A stretch of DNA of 64,000 bases from Methanolinea sp. (GCA_018263335.1 JADFCY010000002.1:36249-100248), one strand, 5' to 3'. Counted from the stretch's first letter, positions 19,414 through 28,448 are shown. Notes: generated from the sequence alone by a model not told the origin. Numbers and translations are program-made.

Positions 19414-19816
19414 CGTGGTGCTGGATTCGAGTATCATCGCGGCCATCTTTTTCCCGGAAAAAATATCCATGAACGCAATCGAAGTCGCAGAAGGTAACGA
19501 TTGCACCACCGTTGATCTTGCATATGCAGAGGTAGCGAATGTCGCCTGGAAACGGGCAAGCCAATCCGAAATCTCTATAGAAGATATAAAAACGGCGTTG
19601 ACGGAGAGCCAGGCATTCATTCGGGAGACCTGCCGGGTTATCCCTGCACACGACCTTGTGGCTGAAGCGTTCGACATGGCGTGTTCCTCCCGGATCACAA
19701 TCTACGATGCCCTTTTTCTTGCAGCGGCAGCCAGATGTGGTTTTCCTCTCGTGACCGCTGACTCGAGACTCTATTCCGCTGTCAGAAAGAATTTCTCAAT
19801 CCGGTTGATCCGGTGA
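19403..19816 (+). CDS. vapC: VapC toxin, PIN-domain ribonuclease
   Basis: ATG at 19403 within ORF 19241..19816, 137 aa. PIN acidic residues in the expected contexts (VVLDSS, YAEVANV, IYDALFL, VTADSRL). Confidence 0.85.
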   Translation: MHDSVVLDSSIIAAIFFPEKISMNAIEVAEGNDCTTVDLAYAEVANVAWKRASQSEISIEDIKTALTESQAFIRETCRVIPAHDLVAEAFDMACSSRITIYDALFLAAAARCGFPLVTADSRLYSAVRKNFSIRLIR

Positions 19817-19987
19817 ATCGGAAGGGCCGAAATACCCTTTCACACAGGAATGAGACTTCCGCCTCCCAATTTTTTCACACAATGTTGCATTATTGCCATC
19901 CAACACCTGCGAATATCCCTGGGTATCCTTATCGCAGGGGGCTGCAAGTCCGCTGTTACGTTCCAATCCGGCCTTCAATACCCTTCA

Positions 19988-20000
19988 TTTTTAAAAAATA
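19988..20000 (+). promoter_or_regulatory. TATA-like box upstream of the cbi operon
   Basis: TTTTTAAAAAATA lies about 47 nt before the cbiT ATG. An AGGTGAT Shine-Dalgarno sits at 20032-20038. Confidence 0.3.
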
Positions 20001-20046
20001 CAAGCATTAATACTCCTCGAGGACGCATCAGGTAGGTGATTGTGAA

Positions 20047-20580
20047 ATGAGCCTTCCCGGCGGACCCACGAAGGACGAGGTGATGGCAGTCTCGCTCTTC
20101 AAGCTCGGCCTTCGTCCCGGAGACCGGTTCATGGATATCGGCTGCGGGACGGGAAAGGTCTCGATCCATGCCGCACGGCAGGCTGGGAGCGTGTGCGCTA
20201 TCGACATCAGGAGAGAAGCCATAGAGTATGCCCGAAACGAGGCAAAGCGTGCGGGCGTGGAGAACATCGAGTTTGTAGAAGGGAACGCGGTTGACCTCAT
20301 CCCCGCGCTCCCCCGGCCCGACGCGGCATTCCTGGGCGGTTCACGCGACATGGGCCGCATCCTTCACCTGCTTGCCGGCATGGACGTCCGGTCCATCGTC
20401 ATCAACGCGGTGAAGATCGAGACCATAAATACTGCCATCACCGTAATGCGGGACCTTGGGGTATTTCGCGAGGCAGTCCTGGTGCAGGTCTCGCACGCGA
20501 GCCCACTTGGTGCCGGCCACATGTGGAAACCGGCCCACCCGGTCGCCGTTATCGTCGGGGGTGCTGCAGGATGCTCGTAG
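20047..20580 (+). CDS. cbiT: cobalt-precorrin-6B C15-methyltransferase (decarboxylating)
   Basis: 177 aa small SAM methyltransferase (FMDIGCGTGKVSIHAA), first gene of the cbi cluster. Confidence 0.82.
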   Translation: MSLPGGPTKDEVMAVSLFKLGLRPGDRFMDIGCGTGKVSIHAARQAGSVCAIDIRREAIEYARNEAKRAGVENIEFVEGNAVDLIPALPRPDAAFLGGSRDMGRILHLLAGMDVRSIVINAVKIETINTAITVMRDLGVFREAVLVQVSHASPLGAGHMWKPAHPVAVIVGGAAGCS

Positions 20581-21176
20581 GGCTCGGGCTCGGTCCTGGC
20601 GACCCTGAGCTCCTCACGCTGCGGGCCGTCCGCCTCATCAGGGAGGCTGACGCCGTCTTTGTCCCTGGCAGGCTGGCAAAGACCCTCGTTGCTCCCTACC
20701 GGGACGCAGAGGTGCTCGACTTCCCGATGACCGGGGATGAGGACAGGATCCGTTCCTGCATGGAGAAGAATGCGGACCGGATCGCAAGGGTGGCAGCAAC
20801 GGGGACCGCCGTCCTTGCGCTCATCGGGGACCCAAACTTCTTCTCGACGTTCACCCGCCTCTCTGAGGTGATGGCGCAGCGCTATCCCGAAATCCCCTGC
20901 AGGACAGAGCCGGGAATCAGTGCAATCACCGCGTTTGCAGCTGCTGCGGGGATCGCACTCTCCGAGGGGTTTGTCGTCACAGACCGGGGGGAGCCGCGCT
21001 GCCGGATACTCCTCAAGGTCAAAAGACCCAAAGAGACCGCCGAAAGACTCCGGAAAGAGGGTTTTGGGAAGTTCGTCCTCGTCGAGCGGATGTACCTCCC
21101 GGACATGCGCATCTGCCGGGACGCGGAACTCCCCGAGACCTGCGACTACCTGAGCATCATGTATGCGGGGCGGTGA
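20571..21176 (+). CDS. cbiL: cobalt-precorrin-2 (cobalt-factor II) C20-methyltransferase
   Basis: ATG at 20571 within ORF 20523..21176. N-terminus MLVGLGLGPGDPELLTLRAV, and GDPNFFSTF. Confidence 0.85.
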   Translation: MLVGLGLGPGDPELLTLRAVRLIREADAVFVPGRLAKTLVAPYRDAEVLDFPMTGDEDRIRSCMEKNADRIARVAATGTAVLALIGDPNFFSTFTRLSEVMAQRYPEIPCRTEPGISAITAFAAAAGIALSEGFVVTDRGEPRCRILLKVKRPKETAERLRKEGFGKFVLVERMYLPDMRICRDAELPETCDYLSIMYAGR

Positions 21177-21177
21177 G

Positions 21178-21894
21178 ATGCCAAAGGTCTCCTTCGTCGG
21201 CGCAGGACCGGGCGACCCCGATCTCATCACCGTCAAGGGCCTCCGGCTCCTGGAAGAGGCCGATGTCCTCGTCTATACCGGATCGCTCGTGAACCCGGGA
21301 CTGGTGGCGAGATCTCATGCCGGGATCAAACTTGACAGCCACGGGATGAGACTTGAGGAGATCGTGGACGCCATGGTCCTGCACGCCCGAGCCGGCGCCC
21401 GCGTGGTGAGGCTCCACTCAGGCGACCCGGCGCTCTACGGGGCTATTGTAGAGCAGATGCAGGGACTCTCGCGGGAAGGGATCGATTACGAGGTGATTCC
21501 CGGCGTCTCCTCCCTCTTTGCCGCCGCCGCCGCTCTCCGGACGCAGCTCACCCTTGGCGGTGTCGCGGAGAGCGTGATCATCACCCGCCCGGCAGGTGCC
21601 ACGCTCGAAGAGGACGAGATACCTGCGCTGTCCACCCACAAAGCCACCATGGTCTTCTTTCTTGGAAGCGCCCACCTGGAGGAGATCACCTCGCGGGTCG
21701 CATGCCCGAAGGAGACGCCTGCCGCGGTCGTGTACCACGCCAGCTGGCCTGACCAGAAGGTGGTGAGGGGGACCGTTTCAGACATCGCCGCGAAGGCAAG
21801 AGCAGCGGGCATCGAGAAGACGGCACTTCTTCTCATCGGCGGGGTACTCGACCCCGGCCATTCTGGTCACCACAGGTCGCAACTCTACTCATGA
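21178..21894 (+). CDS. cbiF: cobalt-precorrin-4 C11-methyltransferase
   Basis: ATG at 21178. Motifs VSFVGAGPGDPDLITVKG, RLHSGDPALYGAI, IPGVSS. Confidence 0.9.
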   Translation: MPKVSFVGAGPGDPDLITVKGLRLLEEADVLVYTGSLVNPGLVARSHAGIKLDSHGMRLEEIVDAMVLHARAGARVVRLHSGDPALYGAIVEQMQGLSREGIDYEVIPGVSSLFAAAAALRTQLTLGGVAESVIITRPAGATLEEDEIPALSTHKATMVFFLGSAHLEEITSRVACPKETPAAVVYHASWPDQKVVRGTVSDIAAKARAAGIEKTALLLIGGVLDPGHSGHHRSQLYS

Positions 21895-22760
21895 ACAGGA
21901 CAGTCATCGCCCTGGAACGGTTCGAGGACGCGGGCAGGAGGGTTGCCGGGTTCCTGCACGCCGAGCTTATCCGCTACTCGGACGATGCTTTTCCCCTCGC
22001 CTTCTCCCGGTCGGGCGCCATTGTCGCGGTGATGGCTTCAGGGATCGTCGTCAGGGCGATCGCCCCCCTTCTCAAAGACAAGTGGACCGACCCCGCGGTG
22101 GTTGTCGTGGACCCTGGCCTCTCCTTTGCGGTTCCCCTGGTTGGTGGGCACCACGGGGCCAATGACCTTGCAAGGGAACTCGCCGGCCTCGGGCTCACTC
22201 CGGTAATCACAACCGCCACGGAGCGTGCGGGAAAGGCTGCCGTGGAAGTGGTTGCCGCCAGGGAAGGGTGCCGTGTCCTGAACCGCGGTTCCACCGTTTT
22301 GGTCAATGCGGCACTCCTTGACGGGGAAGTCCCGGTGCATGTCGTGTCCGGCCCGGCCATGGTCATCGCGGGGCCCGGTGTCGCGCTCCTCGCAAGGGAT
22401 GGCGAATATGCCGTCGGGATCGGCTGCCGGAGGGGCACTCCTGCAAAAGAGGTCGAAGATGCAGTAAAGAAGGCCCTTGAGGTATCCGGAATATCTGCCG
22501 AGGAAGTGAGCGTCTATGCCACCACCGCGAAGAAAGCCTGCGAGCCGGGAATAGTCGATGGCGTGAGGGCCCTTTGCGGGACTCTCATCTACCTTGACGA
22601 CGAAGTACTTGCAAGGTTCCCTCCGCAGTCCCCCTCCCGTGCAGGGAAAGTGGGTCTCGCGGGAGTCGCGGAACCTGCGGCACTTGCGGCTTCAAAGAGA
22701 AAGGAGCTCGTGATGAGAAAGACTGTGTACGGAGAGGTGACGGTTGCCATCGCACGGTGA
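21891..22760 (+). CDS. cbiG: cobalt-precorrin-5A hydrolase
   Basis: 289 aa; the ATGA overlaps the cbiF stop. CbiG-type blocks (VVVDPGLSFAVPLVGGHHGAN, AVGIGCRRGT). Confidence 0.86.
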   Translation: MNRTVIALERFEDAGRRVAGFLHAELIRYSDDAFPLAFSRSGAIVAVMASGIVVRAIAPLLKDKWTDPAVVVVDPGLSFAVPLVGGHHGANDLARELAGLGLTPVITTATERAGKAAVEVVAAREGCRVLNRGSTVLVNAALLDGEVPVHVVSGPAMVIAGPGVALLARDGEYAVGIGCRRGTPAKEVEDAVKKALEVSGISAEEVSVYATTAKKACEPGIVDGVRALCGTLIYLDDEVLARFPPQSPSRAGKVGLAGVAEPAALAASKRKELVMRKTVYGEVTVAIAR

Positions 22761-23526
22761 GGGGCGGGGCGTCCTCTACATCGTGGGTTCGGGCCCCGGT
22801 TCACCGGAACAGATGACCACAAGGGCGCTCCAGGCCATACGCGACGCGGAATACGTTCTCGGGAACGACTCCTACCTTGTGCCCCTGTCAGCCCTCCTCG
22901 AAGGGAAGAATGTGATCCGGAGCGGCATGGGAAAAGAAGTGGAGCGGGCAAGGGAGGCGGTCATACTGGCACGGGATCATGTGGTGGCCATGGTCAGCGG
23001 AGGAGACCCCGGCGTCTACGGGATGGCCAGCATCGTCCTCGAGGTCGCGGAACGCTCCGGCACGGATGCCAGGATCGAAGTGATCCCTGGCGTCACCGCG
23101 GCGACCGCCGCGGCATCAAGGCTCGGGTCTCCGCTCTCGGGGGACTTTGTTGTCGTCAGCCTGTCAGACCTCCTCACGCCCATCGACGTAATCGAGGAGC
23201 GGCTCGAGCATGCATTTGCCATGGGGATTCCCGTCGTGCTTTACAATCCCCGGAGCAGGGGCCGCCCCCACAACTTTGCCCGTGCAATGGAGATTGCCGC
23301 ATCTCACAGGGACCCCTCGACACCCCTCGGACTGGTAAAGAATGCCTACAGGGATGGCGAGGAGATAGTCATTACGACGCTCGGGCAGGTCGCCACGATC
23401 GAAAACCTGGTGGATATGCACAGCTCAGTGATCGTGGGAGGAACAGAAAGCAGGATTTGGAAGGAGGGATCGCATGCCAGAGGGATCATCACCCCGCGGG
23501 GATACCACAGGAAATACCTATACTGA
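22744..23526 (+). CDS. cbiH: cobalt-precorrin-3B (cobalt-factor III) C17-methyltransferase
   Basis: 260 aa. The only in-frame start before the LYIVGSGPG motif is the TTG at 22744. Also VSGGDPGVYGMA and IPGVTAA. Confidence 0.9.
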   Translation: MPSHGEGRGVLYIVGSGPGSPEQMTTRALQAIRDAEYVLGNDSYLVPLSALLEGKNVIRSGMGKEVERAREAVILARDHVVAMVSGGDPGVYGMASIVLEVAERSGTDARIEVIPGVTAATAAASRLGSPLSGDFVVVSLSDLLTPIDVIEERLEHAFAMGIPVVLYNPRSRGRPHNFARAMEIAASHRDPSTPLGLVKNAYRDGEEIVITTLGQVATIENLVDMHSSVIVGGTESRIWKEGSHARGIITPRGYHRKYLY

Positions 23527-24136
23527 CCTTGGGGCTACCACAAAGGAAGCCCACCGGATTTCTGAAACGAGCAGGAAACTTGCGAGAAAGACCATCGGGG
23601 ACCGCGACTACGAGGACAGGGTGAGACAGCGCTGCTCCATCGCCGTCGGAGACTTCTCGATGGCTTCGCTCATCAGGTTCGTGGGGGATCCCATCCCTGC
23701 CGGCCTTTGCGCTCTGGAACACGAGGCCCCGATCATCACCGATATCCGCATGGTGCAGGTCGGGATCCAGAAGAAGGGACATAAAAGCGAGGTCATCTGC
23801 GCCCTCGACCATGCAGGTTTTGCGGCTGAAAAAGGAATCACCCGATCGAGGGCGGGCATCCTTGCCCTCGGTGAGAGGATCGACGGTGCGGTGGTGGTGA
23901 TAGGAAACGCTCCATCAGCCCTCCTCTCGCTCTGCGACCTCATCAGGGAGGGGAAACACCCCTCCCTTGTGGTGGGCACACCTGTAGGGTTCGTGAATGC
24001 CGCCGAGTCAAAGGAACTGCTGAGAACCCTTCCTGTCCCCTCGATCTCAAACGTCGGGACCAGGGGAGGGACCCCCGTTGCCGTCGCGGCCATCAACGAG
24101 ATCATCACCATCCATGCAGAAGAGCACCCGACCTGA
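23474..24136 (+). CDS. cbiC: cobalt-precorrin-8 methylmutase
   Basis: 220 aa. The ATG at 23474 follows an AAGGAGGGAT Shine-Dalgarno and lies 53 nt inside the cbiH 3' end. CbiC motif VVIGNAPSAL. Confidence 0.86.
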   Translation: MPEGSSPRGDTTGNTYTDLGATTKEAHRISETSRKLARKTIGDRDYEDRVRQRCSIAVGDFSMASLIRFVGDPIPAGLCALEHEAPIITDIRMVQVGIQKKGHKSEVICALDHAGFAAEKGITRSRAGILALGERIDGAVVVIGNAPSALLSLCDLIREGKHPSLVVGTPVGFVNAAESKELLRTLPVPSISNVGTRGGTPVAVAAINEIITIHAEEHPT

Positions 24137-25157
24137 CCCCGAGGGAACGACCATCACCGACCCCGTGACCGGATTCACATACCCTGTGGAGTGGGTGAGC
24201 GCCTGCAAAGACCCTGAATCAAGAGCGCTCGCTTCCTCCGGTCTTGGGGTCCTCACGTCCGGCGGGCGCGTATTGAGGAGGGGATTTACCACCGGCACGA
24301 CGGCTGCGGCGGCGTGCAGCGCGGCCATTCTCTCCCTTCGCGGGCCCGTGCGAGCGGTGCAGATCCGCCTTCCCTGTGGCCTCACTGTCCTTGTTCCTGC
24401 CGAGGGTGTGGGAGGACACGCCGAAGCTGACAAATTTGCCGGTGACTACCCAGGAGATGTCACTGCAGGAGTGAGGTTCACTGCGGATGCAAGACCTGCT
24501 GACGAGGGCATCATCCTCATTGCAGGGACCGGGATCGGCCGGTTCGCCAGGGACACTGCCCGGAACAGGGCAGGGGAGCCTGCGATAAGCAGGGCTGCCC
24601 TCCAGTGCATCATGGACGCCATTGACAGCGCGGCCAGGGAGATCGGCCTCTCTGCAGTTGAGGTCTCTCTCTCTGTCCCAAAAGGGGAGATCATTGCGGC
24701 ACAGACGATGAACCCACGGCTTGGGATCCTCCCGGGAATATCGGTGCTCGGGACCACCGGACTTGTCGAGCCGTGGGACGACCACCTCACAGAATCGATG
24801 CTTGAGAGGGTGGAGAGGGCAGACCGCCTGGTGATCACCACAGGGAGGCTTGGCCTTCGTTACTCCCGGCTCCTCTTCCCCGAACACGAGGTCGTGCTCG
24901 CCGGGGCAAAGATCCGGGAAGCCGTGGAGCGTGCCAGGGGAGAGGTGATCCTCTGCGGCCTCCCGGGACTGGTCCTGAAATTCCTTGAACCAAAGATCCT
25001 CGAAGGGACAGGGTGCGCGACAGTAGAGGAACTCTCTGGAAGGCCCGGATTCGACCGGCTCCTTGGAGGTGTTTTCAAGAGAGCCAGGATTCAATATCCC
25101 GGTCTCCGGGTGGTTGTGCTCTCCCGCCAGGGAGATGTGCTGGGGGACAGCGGATGA
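24114..25157 (+). CDS. cbiD: cobalt-precorrin-5B C1-methyltransferase
   Basis: ATG at 24114 within ORF 24078..25157 (which opens on a TTG). Motifs LRRGFTTGTTAAAA and GISVLGTTG. Confidence 0.9.
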   Translation: MQKSTRPDPEGTTITDPVTGFTYPVEWVSACKDPESRALASSGLGVLTSGGRVLRRGFTTGTTAAAACSAAILSLRGPVRAVQIRLPCGLTVLVPAEGVGGHAEADKFAGDYPGDVTAGVRFTADARPADEGIILIAGTGIGRFARDTARNRAGEPAISRAALQCIMDAIDSAAREIGLSAVEVSLSVPKGEIIAAQTMNPRLGILPGISVLGTTGLVEPWDDHLTESMLERVERADRLVITTGRLGLRYSRLLFPEHEVVLAGAKIREAVERARGEVILCGLPGLVLKFLEPKILEGTGCATVEELSGRPGFDRLLGGVFKRARIQYPGLRVVVLSRQGDVLGDSG

Positions 25158-25753
25158 AGATCGTTGGAGTCGGATGCGGCCCAGGAATGCTCACTGAAGA
25201 GGCGATTGCGGCAATTTCCCGCGCGTCCCTGGTATACGGCTCCCCGAGGGCCATCGATCTCGCGAGGATGTACCTCTCCGGGGAATGCACCGTCAGGGAG
25301 ATCGAGGACTACCGTGCCCTCCGGACACTCCCGGATGACGCAGTCGTCCTCTCCACAGGCGACCCCATGCTCGCGGGTCTCGGGTACCTTGAAGGAGAGG
25401 TGATTCCCGGCATCTCATCCCTTCAGGTCGCACTTGCCCGCCTCCATATCCCGATGGTCCACATATCAGTTGTGGCAGCCCATGGGCGGGACCATGACGC
25501 GGCAATCCGTGAGACGGTGGGAGAGATTGCCAGGGGAAAGGCAGTCTTCCTCCTTGCTGACCCCGGGTTCGAAGTGACGCGCCTCGCCCGGCACTTCCTG
25601 CCGCCTCCACCCGGACTTACCATCACCCTCTGCGAGCAGCTGGGATACCCCGACGAGCGGGTGATAACCGGGACACCCGATGACCCCCCTATGCCCTGCA
25701 GTGACCTCTTTGTCCTCCTTGTCAACCCGGGTATAGTGAGAAGAACCCGCTGA
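25154..25753 (+). CDS. cbiE: cobalt-precorrin-7 C5-methyltransferase
   Basis: ATG at 25154; the ATGA overlaps the cbiD stop. N-terminus MKIVGVGCGPGMLTEEA; 199 aa; STGDPMLAG motif. Confidence 0.85.
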   Translation: MKIVGVGCGPGMLTEEAIAAISRASLVYGSPRAIDLARMYLSGECTVREIEDYRALRTLPDDAVVLSTGDPMLAGLGYLEGEVIPGISSLQVALARLHIPMVHISVVAAHGRDHDAAIRETVGEIARGKAVFLLADPGFEVTRLARHFLPPPPGLTITLCEQLGYPDERVITGTPDDPPMPCSDLFVLLVNPGIVRRTR

Positions 25754-25907
25754 AGAGGCCCGTTGTTTCCTACAATGCGAGGGCTGCGAAAAGAAGTCAC
25801 TCAATCCTTGACGACCTCCCCGGGCTTTGGTGACACTCTCGTCAAGAGGAATATATCCCATTACCTCATATCTCAATACAGGAAACTGTCCATACAGGAG
25901 ATTTTCT

Positions 25908-26087
25908 ATGGAGAAGAATGTCAAAAAGCAGATCAGCCTGATATGTTTCGCAGCCGGCTTTGTCCTGCTCCTCATCCAGGATCTCAAGGGTTTCTCAACT
26001 ATCGACCTTGGTTTCTCTTGGCCCTGGGCGATCATGTTCTACTGCGGCCTGCTGCTGATGATAATCGGATATTACCTCCGGGGATAG
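25908..26087 (+). CDS. small membrane protein, two TM helices (hypothetical)
   Basis: ATG at 25908 within ORF 25827..26087, 59 aa (MEKNVKKQISLICFAAGFVLLLI...IMFYCGLLLMIIGYYL). Confidence 0.4.
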   Translation: MEKNVKKQISLICFAAGFVLLLIQDLKGFSTIDLGFSWPWAIMFYCGLLLMIIGYYLRG

Positions 26088-26121
26088 CAAGGGCACAGGG
26101 GCCGCGAGGGGAGGGAAGGGT

Positions 26122-26991
26122 TCAAAGGAGGACTGCCAATTCACCTTCCCTTTTAAAAAAGCCCTCCTTTTCAAGAGTCGAAAGGATTGCCTCTGCCCTC
26201 TGCCGGTCGATTCCGAGCATCCACGGGAGGTCCGATTCCCTGACCGCGCCGTCCCTGACCAGGATGCCGAGGATCTTCCCCCTCACCATCCTGTCCGAGC
26301 CTTCAAAGGGGGCCTGTTTCCGGTAGTGGGCACTTCGGCGGTTGGGATTCGGGATCTGCTTTTTGAGCGCGCTTCCAAGGTCCATAAGTGCATAGTACCA
26401 TTCCCGCGGATTCTCACGATCACAGGTTGCGGCAACGAAGGGCCGGATCTCGGGGTCCTTGACACCGCTCTGCCCCTCGAAGAAGAAATGGATAAAAACC
26501 CTCCTTATATTGGTCTCTACCACTATCGACGGCCTGTTGAATACGAATGCCAGGAGGGATGCCGCGGTGGCTTCTCCGATGCCAGGAAACGACATGAGCG
26601 TTCCCTCGTCATCCGGGAGGCATCCCGAGTATTCATCCCTCACAAGACGCGCGATCCGGTGCAGGAAAATTGCCCTCCTGTTATACCCAAGCCCCTGCCA
26701 CTCCCCGAGCACCTCGGGAAACGGAGCCCCGGCGAGCGTTGAAAAGTCAGGGAAACGGGCAATGAAACGGGGGTAACGCTCAAGTACACGTTCAACCTGG
26801 GTCTGCTGGAGCATCACCTCCGAGACAAGGATGGAATACGCATCCTTCGTGTTTCTCCAGGGGAGATCTCTCCTGTGCACCCGGTAAAACCGGTATACAT
26901 TCTCCCGGAACTCCATAACCTCATGAGAAGAGAGCACCTCTTCCTGTTCACCTGGTGACGCCCCGGCCATGCTCCTCCGCGAGCACCGCAA
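26122..26991 (-). CDS. HhH-GPD DNA glycosylase, MutY-like N-terminal half, no Fe-S cluster cysteines, C-terminal winged-helix-like tail
   Basis: Motifs RDLPWR, SEVMLQQTQVERV, GLGYNRRA and the HhH FPGIGEATAA. The start is ambiguous (26991, 26970 or 26916). The first two overlap the photolyase 3' end. Confidence 0.8.
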   Translation of the reverse strand: MRCSRRSMAGASPGEQEEVLSSHEVMEFRENVYRFYRVHRRDLPWRNTKDAYSILVSEVMLQQTQVERVLERYPRFIARFPDFSTLAGAPFPEVLGEWQGLGYNRRAIFLHRIARLVRDEYSGCLPDDEGTLMSFPGIGEATAASLLAFVFNRPSIVVETNIRRVFIHFFFEGQSGVKDPEIRPFVAATCDRENPREWYYALMDLGSALKKQIPNPNRRSAHYRKQAPFEGSDRMVRGKILGILVRDGAVRESDLPWMLGIDRQRAEAILSTLEKEGFFKREGELAVLL

Positions 26992-28321
26992 CCCGTTCCA
27001 CGTACTTCTCTATCCTGAATTTCCTCTCGAGTCCCGCCGCATTCATGTAGCGGACCTTCCCAAAGACAGGGCGCTCTCCCCAGGCACGGTCGTGCTTGCC
27101 GAAGCACCAGGCAATTCCAGCATAGCCGTTTGGATCCCTCCCATCAAGTTCGTACCGGTTGTTGAGGGCAAGGGCAATGGCATACCCCTGCTCGGGAGTT
27201 TCTGTCCACTCAAGGATCTTCTTTCCCCAGTACATCCGCATGTACCCATGCATCTTCCCGGTGACGAGGAGTTCCTGCTGTGCTGCGTTCCAGAACGGGT
27301 CATGCGTGCGGGCATCCTCGAACTCGGCCTCCGTGTAGACGTATTCCCGGGGATCACCTGCATGCTCCGAGAGTGTCTTTCTGGCCCACCCGGGCAACCC
27401 CTCGTACCGGTCGTAATGGGGATTGAAGTGCACAAAGTTCAACGAGAGCTCGCGCCTGATAATCAACTGCTCCAAAAACGCATCCGCACCCGGCTGGCGC
27501 GATTCGAGCACCCTCTGCGCGATATACGAAGGAGATATCTGCCCGAAATGGAGGTACGGGCTCAACCCTGAGGTGATGGGGCGTGCAGGGTCATTCTGCC
27601 CCGAGGGGTACTGGGATAGATCCCCTGCGATGAACTTTTCAAGACGCAGGAGTGCCTCGTGCTCTCCTCCCCTGTATACTGGCGATGGGCCCGGATTCTG
27701 CTCTTGCACACGTCTGACCAGTGTTTCTGCATCAATAAAGGGGATTCCCCCATGATCAAGCGAAGGGGAGGGGTATTGGACAGAATTGCTCCTGACCGGC
27801 TCGAGAAAACGCATTAACTGGCGATGGATCTTCTTTCGGATGGTGCCTGCCGACCACTCCTCCTTGCCGGAAGCCGCCTCGACGGGGACGACCGCATTGT
27901 CCTCCACCATCACAAGGGGACATTCCACCACCTCCGCCACGTCGCTCCTCCAGGTCCGGTGCAGGCCGAGATATCCCCTGTCGGTCACGATCATCGATGC
28001 ATCTTCGGCTGCACCAGGGATACTCTCTCCAGGCGCTCCCCAGAAGATCGCAAGGGGGATATGCATCTTTTCGAGGGATCTTCCTGCTGATACCAGGCCT
28101 TCGGCCATGAACGTGTAGTGGCGGAGATTTGCCTCCGGATAAAAGGGATCGATGCAGAAGCAGGCAAAGACGGGTATTTTGAGGTTGTTTGCCTTCCGGA
28201 TAGCATACTCCAGGGCAAGGTTTCCCACTGTCCGCGGCGAAGACTGCATCCAGTAGAGGACGTATCCTCCAGAACGCACAGGGAGCGCGTTGAGAGCGCG
28301 TATTCGCTCGCCGGGAATCAT
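26948..28321 (-). CDS. phr: deoxyribodipyrimidine photolyase, class II type
   Basis: 457 aa. N-terminal YVLYWMQSSPR..NLALEYA, C-terminal FAD-binding region (MHGYMRMYWGKKILEW, NGYAGIAW). Confidence 0.9.
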   Translation of the reverse strand: MIPGERIRALNALPVRSGGYVLYWMQSSPRTVGNLALEYAIRKANNLKIPVFACFCIDPFYPEANLRHYTFMAEGLVSAGRSLEKMHIPLAIFWGAPGESIPGAAEDASMIVTDRGYLGLHRTWRSDVAEVVECPLVMVEDNAVVPVEAASGKEEWSAGTIRKKIHRQLMRFLEPVRSNSVQYPSPSLDHGGIPFIDAETLVRRVQEQNPGPSPVYRGGEHEALLRLEKFIAGDLSQYPSGQNDPARPITSGLSPYLHFGQISPSYIAQRVLESRQPGADAFLEQLIIRRELSLNFVHFNPHYDRYEGLPGWARKTLSEHAGDPREYVYTEAEFEDARTHDPFWNAAQQELLVTGKMHGYMRMYWGKKILEWTETPEQGYAIALALNNRYELDGRDPNGYAGIAWCFGKHDRAWGERPVFGKVRYMNAAGLERKFRIEKYVERVAVLAEEHGRGVTR

Positions 28322-28448
28322 CCATCAGGACAATGGGATTCTCACCTACATGGAACCTTCCCTTTCGGCATCCTGCGGGTGCCTTCCAGTGGCTCACAAT
28401 CAGGGCAAGAGATACCGGTGGCCCGGATGGGTGACTGGGGAGAAAAAA

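Noticed and set aside
11860-19816. Possibility that tRNA-Gly marks the border of an integrated element reaching the vapBC patch.
   Set aside because: The intervening 6 kb is the core sirC-hem operon with host-like composition. No integrase is present, and I could not spot a repeat of the tRNA 3' end by eye. The patch at 17.9-20.0 kb is therefore treated as a separate small remnant.
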